From an uncultured Clostridium sp. (GTDB lineage: Bacteria; Bacillota_I; Bacilli_A; RF39; UBA660), in assembly GCA_902492325.1 (NCBI GenBank), contig CABULC010000004.1, positions 24,833 to 88,832 of the forward strand: a DNA stretch of 64,000 nt, in the 5' to 3' direction. The notes under the pieces were generated by a model. That model searched no databases. It was not told the DNA's origin and saw only the letters and a list, made by a program, of their open reading frames with translations. Shown here one piece after another: positions 38,854 to 48,821 of this stretch. Made by a program: the position numbers and the translations under genes. Each line of letters opens with the position of its first letter. Position 1 is the first letter of the stretch.

Positions 38854-40317
38854 ATGATAGTAAATTCAAACTATGATACAAGGATTAAAGTAATTGAAGA
38901 TGATATTATCAACACTATTAAACCTGAATGGAATAAAGATGAAATAATAAGATATGTTTATTTATATATAGGTAAAATAATATCAAAAAATGTAGATTTC
39001 TTCTATTCATTAGGAAGAAAACTAGAATATAAAAATTATCCATTTGATAGACTAAAAAGAACATATGAAAGTAAAAGAATAGCTAATTTATCAGTTATAT
39101 GTAAATCTTCTGCAATCATTTTAAAAAGAATATATGATAGACTTGGTATAGAGAGCAATCTTATGGAAACAGTTGATTACAATCAATTCACTGATGAAGA
39201 AACAAAAGAAACATTAGATGTTCACCATTGGTTTTTATGTGTCACTGGAGAAAACAATAGAAAATATTTTTTAACAATTATACCTGACTTATTTTTTATA
39301 CAATTTAATATGAAAACTAAACACTTTGCTAATAGAATCGATTACTATAGAGAAGTAGATGGTAAAAAACTTCAAATATACAAAGGTCCACCAATAAATA
39401 ATACGATGTTAACTGATGAAGAAATAGAAAAAATAGATGAAAAAATTGGATATATTATCCCCTACTATGTCGAAGAAAAGAATGGTAAAAGAAAAAGATA
39501 TAATGGTTACGATGATATATTTATAGAAAACTTAAAAATGTATTCAAGAAAAAATAGTTATCTTATAGAACTTGGATATGATACTGATTTCTTTAAAGAT
39601 ATTACAAACTATAAAGTTGGAGATTTAACTATTGAAGAATATTTAAATACAAAAGAATTTAGTATGGATAAAGTAGATAAATGGATAGATTACATTAAAG
39701 AAAGAGCAACATTTTATGGACACGATCCAGAGCAAGATAAAGACACTAATGGAAAAATAAAAGCATTAAGAAAAACTCTTGAAAATAGAGATGCCAAAAA
39801 ATACAGAAATGTTATTGGCCAACTCGGAATTTCTTTCGTAGATGATAAATACAAAATTGATGAAAATGGATACTGTTCACTAACTTATATAGAGAAAAAA
39901 TTTGAATATTTATTTCCTAAATTCTTCTCTTGTAATGAAACAGTAAAACCTTTAACATCAAAATTTACAGGTTTAGCAGAAAAATTAGATTTCATTGATA
40001 TGTTTATTGATAACATGTTTCCTGAATTAAAAGAATCTAAAGCAAATGCAGGAATCAAAATAAATCCTAAATATTCTTTAGTAAGAAATAGAATTCAAAG
40101 ATATGTTGTATACTCAACAAAAAGAAAAAAATATGACATAATATTTTCAATAGATAATAGTAATACTTATTATTACTTTAATCCTATTAGTGGAAAATTT
40201 GCTAAAATTGGTAACTTACTTAATTTAATAAGTGATGAATTTATAATAGTAAGTGATGAACTAAAAAATAGAATGAGAGAAGTTGAAAATATAGAAAAAC
40301 CAACTAAAGCATTATAA
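38854..40317 (+). CDS. Hypothetical cytoplasmic protein
   Basis: Probable start MIVNSNYDTRIK, with RBS aaggagaatatctATG (the track ORF starts upstream). No motif recognised. Confidence 0.5.
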   Translation: MIVNSNYDTRIKVIEDDIINTIKPEWNKDEIIRYVYLYIGKIISKNVDFFYSLGRKLEYKNYPFDRLKRTYESKRIANLSVICKSSAIILKRIYDRLGIESNLMETVDYNQFTDEETKETLDVHHWFLCVTGENNRKYFLTIIPDLFFIQFNMKTKHFANRIDYYREVDGKKLQIYKGPPINNTMLTDEEIEKIDEKIGYIIPYYVEEKNGKRKRYNGYDDIFIENLKMYSRKNSYLIELGYDTDFFKDITNYKVGDLTIEEYLNTKEFSMDKVDKWIDYIKERATFYGHDPEQDKDTNGKIKALRKTLENRDAKKYRNVIGQLGISFVDDKYKIDENGYCSLTYIEKKFEYLFPKFFSCNETVKPLTSKFTGLAEKLDFIDMFIDNMFPELKESKANAGIKINPKYSLVRNRIQRYVVYSTKRKKYDIIFSIDNSNTYYYFNPISGKFAKIGNLLNLISDEFIIVSDELKNRMREVENIEKPTKAL

Positions 40318-40340
40318 AAGACTATAAAGTCTTTTTAATT
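40318..40340 (+). terminator. Rho-independent terminator
   Basis: Hairpin aaagacta-ta-aagtcttt followed by TTT. Confidence 0.5.
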
Positions 40341-40387
40341 TAACAAAAATATTTATTTAGAATATATTACTATGAAAGCGAGGTTAT

Positions 40388-41356
40388 ATGAAAAAAATAA
40401 TTCTTATAGTAGTAACTATATTTTTAATATTTATAATTGGTTTTTCTTTTAAGAAAGATGAAAGCAAAAGAATTGTTGTTTCAGAAGTTACACATTCAGT
40501 ATTTTATAGTCCTTGGTATGTGGCTCTTGAAAATAAATATTTTGAAAGTGAAGGACTTGATATTGAAGTCGTTTTAACACCAGGTGCTGATAAGGTAGCT
40601 GCATCTGTTATATCTGAAGATGCAACTATTGGATTCTCCGGACCAGAAGCAACTGTTTATATTTATAATAATAGTAATGAAAAATTAGTAACATTTGCAT
40701 CTCTTACTAAAAGAGACGGACAATTTATAGTTGGAGATTGTAAATATAAAGATAATTTTAGTGTACAGGATTTAAAAGGTAAAAAAGTATTAGCTGGAAG
40801 AAGTGGTGGTATGCCATTACTTATGTTTAAGTATGCTTTAAAAGAAACAAACATTAATGAAAATGAAGTTAATATAGATACATCTATAGACTTTGCATCC
40901 CTAACAGGAGCATATATAAGTGGTCAAGGTGACTTTGTTAATCTTTTTGAACCAAATGCATTAAAAGTAGAAAAAGAAGGAAAAGGATGTGTATTATCTT
41001 CACTAGGTAATATATCAGGTACTGTTCCCTACACTGCTTTCTATGCTAAAGAAAGTTACATTAAAAAGAATAAAGATGTCATAAAGAAATTTAATAAAGC
41101 ACTAAATAAAGGATTAGAATTTGTACATAAAAATGATGCTAAAACTATAGCTAATGCTATTAAAAACCAATTTAGTGATACTTCTATTGAAGACCTAACA
41201 ACTATAGTAGAAAGATATAAAAGTGCTGACTCATGGTATAATTCAACATACATAAACAAAAAAGACTATAATAGATTATTAGATATTATGATATATGGTA
41301 AAACAATAGAAAAAAAAGTTAATATAGATGATTTAATAACAAATGAATACAACTAA
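40388..41356 (+). CDS. ABC transporter substrate-binding protein, NMT1/THI5-like (NitT/TauT family)
   Basis: Signal anchor, periplasmic-binding-like sequence, and operon context with a NitT/TauT ATPase and permease. Confidence 0.65.
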   Translation: MKKIILIVVTIFLIFIIGFSFKKDESKRIVVSEVTHSVFYSPWYVALENKYFESEGLDIEVVLTPGADKVAASVISEDATIGFSGPEATVYIYNNSNEKLVTFASLTKRDGQFIVGDCKYKDNFSVQDLKGKKVLAGRSGGMPLLMFKYALKETNINENEVNIDTSIDFASLTGAYISGQGDFVNLFEPNALKVEKEGKGCVLSSLGNISGTVPYTAFYAKESYIKKNKDVIKKFNKALNKGLEFVHKNDAKTIANAIKNQFSDTSIEDLTTIVERYKSADSWYNSTYINKKDYNRLLDIMIYGKTIEKKVNIDDLITNEYN

Positions 41357-42095
41357 TATTTTAGAAGTTAAAAACATATCTAAAGTTTACCATACAACCG
41401 AAGGAGAAATAGAAGCACTAAATAATATAAGTTTTAATATTGACTCTGGTGACTTTATTGGTCTTATAGGTCCTTCAGGTTGCGGAAAAAGTTCTATACT
41501 AAATATAATATCTAATCTTGATAAAAATTATAAAGGAAATATAAATATTAAAAATGGCATAAAAGTTTCATATATGCTTCAAGAAGATGCATTATTTCCA
41601 TGGTTAACTGTTCTTGATAATGCCCTACTTGGTTTAAAAATAAAACATAAACTTACTAAAGATAACAAAGAGTATATTTTATCTCTATTAAAAAAATATG
41701 ATCTATATGATTTTATTAATAAGTATCCAAATTCTCTATCAGGTGGTATGAAACAAAGATTAGCACTTATTAGAACATTAGCAATGAAACCTGATATTTT
41801 ACTTCTAGATGAACCTTATAGTGCTCTTGATTATCAAACAAGATTAAAAGTTGGAGATGATGTATTTAAAATAATCAAAGAAGAAAATAAAACTGTTGTA
41901 ATAGTGACTCATGATATTGCTGAAGCAATTTCTATGTGTAATAAAATAATAGTTTTCTCTAAAAGACCAGCAACTATTAAAAATATACATGAAATAAATT
42001 TATCTAACAAAAGTACACCAATAAATAATAGAGAAGCAAAAGAATTTAAAGATTACTACAAACTTATCTGGAAGGAAATAGATAATAGTGAGTAA
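41343..42095 (+). CDS. ABC transporter ATP-binding protein (NitT/TauT family)
   Basis: GLIGPSGCGKSS; LSGGMKQRLALIRTLAMKPDILLLDEP; VTHD. Confidence 0.85.
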   Translation: MNTTNILEVKNISKVYHTTEGEIEALNNISFNIDSGDFIGLIGPSGCGKSSILNIISNLDKNYKGNINIKNGIKVSYMLQEDALFPWLTVLDNALLGLKIKHKLTKDNKEYILSLLKKYDLYDFINKYPNSLSGGMKQRLALIRTLAMKPDILLLDEPYSALDYQTRLKVGDDVFKIIKEENKTVVIVTHDIAEAISMCNKIIVFSKRPATIKNIHEINLSNKSTPINNREAKEFKDYYKLIWKEIDNSE

Positions 42096-42864
42096 TGAAC
42101 ATAAAAAATATTTAAAAAGAATTAAGCTCAATAAGTTATTAGTAACTATTACACAGTTTAGTATATTTATATTTTTTATTATTATTTGGCAATATCTAGC
42201 TAATCATAATTATATAAATTCTTTTATCACTAGTTCCCCCTCTAAAATAATAAAAACTATTTCTAGACTTTATATTGAAAATAATCTATTTATTCATATA
42301 TGGATTACTATAAAAGAAACTCTTATTTCTTTTATTATAACTACTCTTATATCTATTATTATATCTATAATTTTATATGAAAGTAATTTTCTTTCTAAAG
42401 TTATTGATCCATATCTTACAATATTAAATAGTCTTCCAAAAGTAGCATTAGGTCCTATAATTATTATATGGATTGGTGCTAATCAAAATGGAATTATTAC
42501 TATGGCAATATTAATTTCAGTTATTGTAAGTATTCAAACTATCTATAATGGTTTTATAAATACAGATAAATTAAAAATTAAATTATTAAAAACATTCAAC
42601 GCTACAAAGAAAGACATATTATTTTATTTAGTAATTCCATCTAATAAAAACACTATTATTAATACTTTAAAAATAAATATATCAATGTGCTTAATAGGAG
42701 TTATTATGGGAGAATTTCTAACTTCAAAAGCCGGGATTGGATATTTAATATTATATGGTTCTCAAGTATTTAATTTAGATTTAGTAATGACAGGTATATT
42801 CTTATTAACAATTATATCGATTGTTATGTATAAAGTTATTTCAAAGATAAGTAAAAGAAGTTAA
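42088..42864 (+). CDS. ABC transporter permease (NitT/TauT family)
   Basis: Six-TM permease directly after the ATPase, with an 8-nt overlap. Confidence 0.7.
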   Translation: MSNEHKKYLKRIKLNKLLVTITQFSIFIFFIIIWQYLANHNYINSFITSSPSKIIKTISRLYIENNLFIHIWITIKETLISFIITTLISIIISIILYESNFLSKVIDPYLTILNSLPKVALGPIIIIWIGANQNGIITMAILISVIVSIQTIYNGFINTDKLKIKLLKTFNATKKDILFYLVIPSNKNTIINTLKINISMCLIGVIMGEFLTSKAGIGYLILYGSQVFNLDLVMTGIFLLTIISIVMYKVISKISKRS

Positions 42865-42888
42865 CTATCTATTAACTTCTTTTTTATT
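42856..42888. terminator. Bidirectional terminator hairpin between convergent genes
   Basis: agaagttaa-ctatctat-taacttct followed by TTTTTT. Confidence 0.4.
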
Positions 42889-43358
42889 CTACAATACCAT
42901 CCCAATTGACAAATTTATCTCTTAAAGTATCTGCGTAATCAGTTGTAATTATTATCTCATTTTCAGATATTTCTTTTTCTTCTACTACTATAGGATTACA
43001 TCCATCTTTCTCTACTCCTATTTTGTCTATGTGAAATAAACTAGCACAGTTTTCACATTTTAAGTATTCTCCCTCTTGAACAAAATATGCTCTTGGAGAA
43101 GGATTACATGCTTGACATGTATTGAATGCAATTTTAACTTCACCATCAGTATCACGTACAACGATAAACTGTATTATTACTCCATTACTATCATAATTAA
43201 CAAATGTAACATCACTAGTTATATTAGTAGTATCAAGCACTAATTTTCCATCTACTGAGTTTACAGTTATAATATTATTCTTCTTTTCTGCTTCTTCTTG
43301 CTTATCACAACCATATAGAATAAATATTGAAAAAAGTAACCAAAATACTAAAAAATTT
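42884..43358 (-). CDS. Cys-rich (CxxC...CxxC) putative metal-binding lipoprotein. The N-terminal signal peptide appears frameshifted relative to the body.
   Basis: The body ORF (from 43240) lacks an ATG. Upstream, ATG-aag-aaa-ttt-ttt-agt... (MKKFFSILVTFFNIYSIWL*) terminates early. Removing one T from the T6 run gives MKKFLVFWLLFSIFILYGCDKQEE..., an in-frame lipobox signal. Confidence 0.45.
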
Positions 43359-43365
43359 CTTCATA

Positions 43366-43593
43366 TTACTCTTTTACACCTACAAATGTAAACCCTGTTT
43401 CATTTACATTTTCTTTTACACTATTAATGTCAATCGAATTTTTACTAGTAATAATTACTCCACCACTCTTTAAATCTACTTTAACTTTAGCACTATCATC
43501 TACTTTAAGTATTGCATCAGTAACTTTCTTAGCACAATGTTCGCAATGCATACCATCCACTATAATTATTATTTTGTTTTTCTTTCCAAACAT
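43366..43593 (-). CDS. copZ: Copper chaperone CopZ (HMA domain)
   Basis: GMHCEHCAKKV metal-binding motif; 75 aa. Confidence 0.8.
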   Translation of the reverse strand: MFGKKNKIIIIVDGMHCEHCAKKVTDAILKVDDSAKVKVDLKSGGVIITSKNSIDINSVKENVNETGFTFVGVKE

Positions 43594-43594
43594 A

Positions 43595-45784
43595 TTAACA
43601 CTTCCTTACCTTTACTCTTTTTAATCTTAATGTATTTAACATAACAGTAACGCTACTTAATGTCATTGATAAACCTGCTATCATAGGATTCATATTAATA
43701 CCAAATCTACTTAGTAATCCTATTGATATAGGTATCATACATATATTATAAAAGAATGCCCAAAATAAATTTTCTTTTATAATTTTAATAGTACTTTTAC
43801 TAATATTAATTAAATTAACTATATTTACTAAATTATCATTCATAAGTATTACATCTGATGAATCATTAGCTATATCAGTACCACTTCCAATAGAAACACC
43901 AATAGAAGATGTTGCAAGACTAGGAGCATCATTTATTCCATCCCCTATCATCATAACTGTTTTTTCTTTCATTAAATTATTTATTTCTTTTACCTTTTCA
44001 CTTGGAAGTACATTAGAAATAACTTTATTTATATTTAATTCTTTTGCAATAACATTTGCAGTAACTTCATTATCACCAGTTAACATAATTACTTCTCTAC
44101 TAACATTTAATTCATTAATTATTTTTTTAGCATCATCTCTAATAATATCTTTCACACCAACTAATGCAATTACCTTTTTATTCTCAATAACATAAAGAAT
44201 ACTATTACCATCATTAGTTAACTCTTTTTCATCATTAGAGTAATTATTTTCAATTTTCAATTTTTCAAATAACCTAGCATTACCAATATAATATTTATTA
44301 TCTTCTATCTTTCCTTGTAAACCTATACCATCAATATTTTTATAATTAGTTACTTCTTTTAACTTTAATTTTTCATTCTTAAACGCACTTGCAATTGGAT
44401 GACTAGATTTACTTTCAAGAGACGAAATTATTATATTAAGTTCACTATCTTTATAATCACTATAATTATTTACTTTATTTATTTTTAAATTACCATATGT
44501 TAATGTACCAGTTTTATCAAATACCATAGTATTAACTTTATACGAATTTTCAAGTGTCTCACTATTCTTTACAAGAATACCATTTTTAGCACATACTCCT
44601 TCACTCACGACTATCGCAAGTGGTGTTGCAAGTCCTAAAGCACAAGGGCATGAAACAACTAATACATTAACAAAATGAACTAAACTATTGTTAATACCTT
44701 TACCAAGTAACAAATAACTAGCAAATGTTATAACAGCTATTAAGATTATACTTGGTACAAAGTAACCACTAACCTTATCAGCAAATCTAGCAATTGGAGC
44801 CTTCGTATTACTAGCATCAACAACTAATCTGACTATTTCAGATATTGTTGAATTTTTTCCTATAGCCTTCGCTTCATATAAAACAGAACCATCTATATTT
44901 AAACTACCAGCAACCACTTTATCATTAATACTCTTTTTATTTGGTTTACTCTCTCCTGTAATAAAAGATTCATCTGCATGAGTACTACCATCAACAATAA
45001 TACCATCAACTGCAAACTTCATACCAGGTTTACAAATTAAAATATCTCCCACTTTAACTTCATCAATAGTTACTTCTTTTTCTCTATCTTTAGTTTTAAC
45101 TAAAGCTTTCATTGGAGTTATTTGTACTAAAGACTTTATTGCATCTTTAGTTTTTTCTTTACTTTTAGAATCTATATATCTTCCAAGTTTTATGAAATAT
45201 ATAACTACTCCAGCACTTTCATAATATAAATTATGGACAAACATATCTTTATCAAGAATAATCATAATACTACTAAATAAGCTATAAATAAAGCTTGATA
45301 AGACACCAATAGACACAAGAGTATCCATGTTAGGTGTTTTATGTATTAAGTTCTTATAACCGCCCTTAAATATGTCTAAGCCATAAATCATAAACGGAAT
45401 AGTAAGAACTAATAAACATATAGAATAATTATTAGCATAATTTTCCATATTAAGAAAATCAATAGTTGGAAGTCCTACCATATGAGACATAGATACATAT
45501 AATAAAATCAAAACCAATACACTATATATAATTAAATTTCTTTTAATATTTTTATTTTTTTTCTCTTTAAATAAATCATAAGGTCCTAAACTTTCAAAGC
45601 CTGCTTCCTTAATATATCTTTCAATATCTTTAATATCAATTCCTTCATATTTTATAGTAGCCATCGCAAGAACTAAATTAACTGAAGCGTCCACTATACC
45701 CTTTTGTTTATTTAAATATTTTTCAAGTCCAGAAGAACAAGCACTACAACTCATTCCCCCAATACTAAGATCAATCTTATTCAT
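43595..45784 (-). CDS. copA: Copper-translocating P1B-type ATPase CopA
   Basis: N-terminal HMA GGMSCSACSS, the CPC motif SCPCALGLATP, DKTGTLT, GDGINDAP. The real start is probably MNKIDLS; the track start lies inside the promoter -35 region. Confidence 0.9.
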   Translation of the reverse strand: MNKIDLSIGGMSCSACSSGLEKYLNKQKGIVDASVNLVLAMATIKYEGIDIKDIERYIKEAGFESLGPYDLFKEKKNKNIKRNLIIYSVLVLILLYVSMSHMVGLPTIDFLNMENYANNYSICLLVLTIPFMIYGLDIFKGGYKNLIHKTPNMDTLVSIGVLSSFIYSLFSSIMIILDKDMFVHNLYYESAGVVIYFIKLGRYIDSKSKEKTKDAIKSLVQITPMKALVKTKDREKEVTIDEVKVGDILICKPGMKFAVDGIIVDGSTHADESFITGESKPNKKSINDKVVAGSLNIDGSVLYEAKAIGKNSTISEIVRLVVDASNTKAPIARFADKVSGYFVPSIILIAVITFASYLLLGKGINNSLVHFVNVLVVSCPCALGLATPLAIVVSEGVCAKNGILVKNSETLENSYKVNTMVFDKTGTLTYGNLKINKVNNYSDYKDSELNIIISSLESKSSHPIASAFKNEKLKLKEVTNYKNIDGIGLQGKIEDNKYYIGNARLFEKLKIENNYSNDEKELTNDGNSILYVIENKKVIALVGVKDIIRDDAKKIINELNVSREVIMLTGDNEVTANVIAKELNINKVISNVLPSEKVKEINNLMKEKTVMMIGDGINDAPSLATSSIGVSIGSGTDIANDSSDVILMNDNLVNIVNLINISKSTIKIIKENLFWAFFYNICMIPISIGLLSRFGINMNPMIAGLSMTLSSVTVMLNTLRLKRVKVRKC

Positions 45785-45800
45785 TTTTATCACCATACAC

Positions 45801-45829
45801 ATTATAGGGTATAGGGATTTCCCTGTCAA
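45801..45829 (-). promoter_or_regulatory. copAZ promoter with an embedded palindrome (candidate copper-repressor operator)
   Basis: Minus strand TTGACA, 17 nt, TATAAT. The spacer contains GGGAAATCCC and a TACCCTA element that resembles CsoR-type operators. Confidence 0.5.
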
Positions 45830-45866
45830 CGCTAAAACAAATAAAAAGTACTATTTCTAGTACTAA
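45830..45866 (-). terminator. Rho-independent terminator after the lipoprotein gene, overlapping its stop codon
   Basis: agtacta-tttc-tagtact followed by UUUUUAUUUGUUUU on the minus transcript. Confidence 0.5.
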
Positions 45867-46567
45867 TTAATTTTCTTGTATAAGAATAAAGTTATAACCA
45901 ATAATATACCAATTATTACACCACTAGCAATATACCAGCCACTTATTCCACTTCCAACTTTATCTTTACTAATTGCAAAATAAATATTATTGTCTTCTTG
46001 ATCAATAGTCCAAGTAGCAGTATCTCCATTTACATTTTTCGAATTCGTATTTAATAACTTATCTTTTGCTTCAATTTTAAATTGCATACCTTCTACATAT
46101 CTACATGTATAATATCCAGATAAGCTATAATAATATGCTTCATCATCATCTCTTATATATTTAATACTAAAGCAATTATTAAATATATTATTATTTTTAA
46201 ATTCATCATATTTATATTTATAGGTATACTCATATATAAAGTCATTATTATTTTGTGTTAATTTTCCATTGTATTTATAAGTATCCATATTAGCAAAACT
46301 ATTTATTTTGTTTTCATCAAATAATTTTTCAGAACCAGTTTTTACTTGATAACTAGTATATGTTCTACTAACATTAAATTCTTCATCAGTATCATTTACA
46401 TATTTTGTATATTCATTTGCATTGTATTTTATTGTTATTTTTGAATCAATACCATCTTCTCCAAAGTTATAATATATTTCACTAGTACAACCCGTACACA
46501 AAATAATAACGAATACTAATAAAAATAATTCTTTAAATTTAAGCAATTTTGTAACTTGCATATCCAT
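45863..46567 (-). CDS. Lipoprotein with an additional C-terminal TM
   Basis: Lipobox ILCTGCTS. C-terminal GWYIASGVIIGILLVITLFLY. The start is probably MQVTK. Confidence 0.5.
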   Translation of the reverse strand: MDMQVTKLLKFKELFLLVFVIILCTGCTSEIYYNFGEDGIDSKITIKYNANEYTKYVNDTDEEFNVSRTYTSYQVKTGSEKLFDENKINSFANMDTYKYNGKLTQNNNDFIYEYTYKYKYDEFKNNNIFNNCFSIKYIRDDDEAYYYSLSGYYTCRYVEGMQFKIEAKDKLLNTNSKNVNGDTATWTIDQEDNNIYFAISKDKVGSGISGWYIASGVIIGILLVITLFLYKKIN

Positions 46568-47492
46568 CAACTCCAGAATAATCAAATAAATTTGTTATAT
46601 TAGCACCAGGATCTATAATGTAAACATTACTTCCTTCTACTCTATCAACAAAAACCCAATGTCCCCCACCTTTTACATAAGCAATAACATATTCTCCTCT
46701 ATTTAATGCTTGTCTTAATTGTTCAGCTTTATGAGCATTAGAACCAGTTAAACTAGTTTGTCCTTGATATTTAAAATTTGGTGCTAAATTTGTTACGGCA
46801 CCCCAAACTAATAAATTACCAGAATATCCGCCATTATTATTCATCCAGTTAACAAAAGTTGCCGGATTAAGTGTTGGAACATTTACTCTTACACCACTTT
46901 TAGCTAAAGCTATTGCTACAGAAGTAGAAGTACATCCTGCACCACAAATAGTTTGACTTTTTCCCATTCTATTACTTCCCCAATTTTGAGAACATTGTTT
47001 CCAAGTTCTATAGTCACCTGTAGAAAAATAATTAGAACTACCACCATAAGTTGCACCTTGTGCATTTTTTTCAACTCTTTCGGCTTCTAATCTAGCAGCC
47101 TCTTCAGCAACTTTTTTATTATACTCTGCAAGTCTTTCATCATTTATTTTTTGCATTGCTTCTTCTTCGCTTTTTCTTTGTGCTATATATTCAGATGTAG
47201 CATTAGAAAAACAAGTTCTATATTCACTATTACCAGGAGATAATCTAGTCAAAACATTAACTAATGTTGGAATCATAAATATAACTACAGTAGCAATCAT
47301 CTTTTTAACAGCAGTAGTTTTAATTTTATTTAATAATTCAGGATCTCCATTCATTAATTCTCTAACAATATTAATCATTAAAGAAACCATTAAAATAATA
47401 GGAACAGCTATACTAATAATCATAATTACAGTTTTAACAATCAGCATTACATTAAGTATAGCAGAATTATCACATATAGCTAAAAAATACAT
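46539..47492 (-). CDS. Polytopic membrane protein with a coiled coil and a C-terminal papain-like (peptidase C39-like / C39_2) domain
   Basis: SQTICGAGCTSTSVAIALAKSG gives the Gln/Cys arrangement typical of C39-like peptidases. It is followed by GGGHWVFVD (His). Two to three N-terminal TM helices. Confidence 0.5.
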   Translation of the reverse strand: MYFLAICDNSAILNVMLIVKTVIMIISIAVPIILMVSLMINIVRELMNGDPELLNKIKTTAVKKMIATVVIFMIPTLVNVLTRLSPGNSEYRTCFSNATSEYIAQRKSEEEAMQKINDERLAEYNKKVAEEAARLEAERVEKNAQGATYGGSSNYFSTGDYRTWKQCSQNWGSNRMGKSQTICGAGCTSTSVAIALAKSGVRVNVPTLNPATFVNWMNNNGGYSGNLLVWGAVTNLAPNFKYQGQTSLTGSNAHKAEQLRQALNRGEYVIAYVKGGGHWVFVDRVEGSNVYIIDPGANITNLFDYSGVDGYASYKIA

Positions 47493-47504
47493 TTAATACA
47501 CCCC

Positions 47505-48125
47505 CTAAATATTTCCATGCTCATTTTCCATACTTAATAATTTACTTTTAAGTAAAACTAATCTAAATATTTTATAAATATCATATGAAATAATAACAAG
47601 AGCAGGAATCATTATAGCAATAATCCATCCACCTTTAGATGCTAAGAAAAATTGTACTCTTCCAAGCTGTGGTATTTTAAATAAAACTTTACCAACAACA
47701 TTACTAGGAATAACTTTTTCTTCATCAGCTTTAGGATTAGCATCCCCTTTTACTCTAAACATTTTACCTGATTCAGGTACATTAACAATTTCTATAATTC
47801 TATGTGTTATAGGAGTTCCACCAAAGAAAGAGTTAGTAGAATAAAAAGTAATTATATCTCCTTCTTTTAATTTGTCTGTATCAACTCTCATAGTAAAAGC
47901 AACATCATACACATTTAAAGTACCAGTCATACTAGGACTTATTATTGTATATAAACCAAACAATGGTTTTTTACCTTGCTTTTGAGCAATCTTTCCACTA
48001 ATAACATAAAATATTAAAAATGCAGCTATTGCCATAAGAATACAAATAATAGTATAACTTATGACTTTATAAATCATTTTAAATATTTTTTTTCTCTTAA
48101 TTTTCTTATCCTCTTCCATAAACAA
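47505..48125 (-). CDS. sipW: Signal peptidase I, archaeal/ER-type (SipW-like), paralog 3 (more divergent)
   Basis: TM, box B ISPSMTGTL, box D ITHRIIEI. Confidence 0.6.
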   Translation of the reverse strand: MFMEEDKKIKRKKIFKMIYKVISYTIICILMAIAAFLIFYVISGKIAQKQGKKPLFGLYTIISPSMTGTLNVYDVAFTMRVDTDKLKEGDIITFYSTNSFFGGTPITHRIIEIVNVPESGKMFRVKGDANPKADEEKVIPSNVVGKVLFKIPQLGRVQFFLASKGGWIIAIMIPALVIISYDIYKIFRLVLLKSKLLSMENEHGNI

Positions 48126-48131
48126 ACTCCA

Positions 48132-48692
48132 TTATTCATAAACATAAAGAACTGTTATTTTAGCAATAAACATTTTACCATTTAAATAATTTTGATCTTT
48201 ACCATTATCTTTTAATTTAAGTTTTAATTCATAATCATGTAATGAACCAACACTTATATCACCTATTCCTAATTCAGTTGAAGTAACAGGTATAGCTTGT
48301 TCACTTTTAGTAACCACTTTATCATTATTATTTTTAGAAGATTTACCAGTTAATTCAAAAACAAAACTATCTTCTATAGAATCAGTAAGAGGTTTTTCAA
48401 TATCAAAAATTATTTTATACTTACCTACTGTATCAGGACTATAGTTTTCTACTGAAAATTTATATGTAGACTCCCAATTAGGTTCTATATCGTATGCATT
48501 TATTTGATTTCCATCATAAAATCTTAAAAGCATATTTGAACTTTTTATTATAACTCTAGTTTCATCACCATTTTTAATTGTTTTAATATAGTAAGCATAA
48601 GAAGTACCAATTAACATAGTAAATAAAGCTACTAAAACCAATAAATAAATAACAATATTAAATTTTCTTGCCTTTTCTTTTTCATTGTTCAT
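48132..48692 (-). CDS. Small SipW-dependent fibre-subunit-like protein (family 2, minor)
   Basis: Signal ends GTSYAYYIKT. C-terminus ...NGKMFIAKITVLYVYE. Confidence 0.5.
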   Translation of the reverse strand: MNNEKEKARKFNIVIYLLVLVALFTMLIGTSYAYYIKTIKNGDETRVIIKSSNMLLRFYDGNQINAYDIEPNWESTYKFSVENYSPDTVGKYKIIFDIEKPLTDSIEDSFVFELTGKSSKNNNDKVVTKSEQAIPVTSTELGIGDISVGSLHDYELKLKLKDNGKDQNYLNGKMFIAKITVLYVYE

Positions 48693-48767
48693 AATCTCGT
48701 CACCATACTATATATATAATAACAAAAAACGTACTAGTTTACAAGAAATAATACTAACATAAACTTT

Positions 48768-48803
48768 TATTTACAAATAAAAAAAGTAGTAATTAAACTA
48801 CTT
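48768..48803 (-). terminator. Strong rho-independent terminator directly after the candidate major subunit gene
   Basis: agtagt-aattaa-actact followed by UUUUUUUAUUUG on the minus transcript. Confidence 0.55.
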
Positions 48804-48821
48804 ATTTTATCCTAAATTAAA

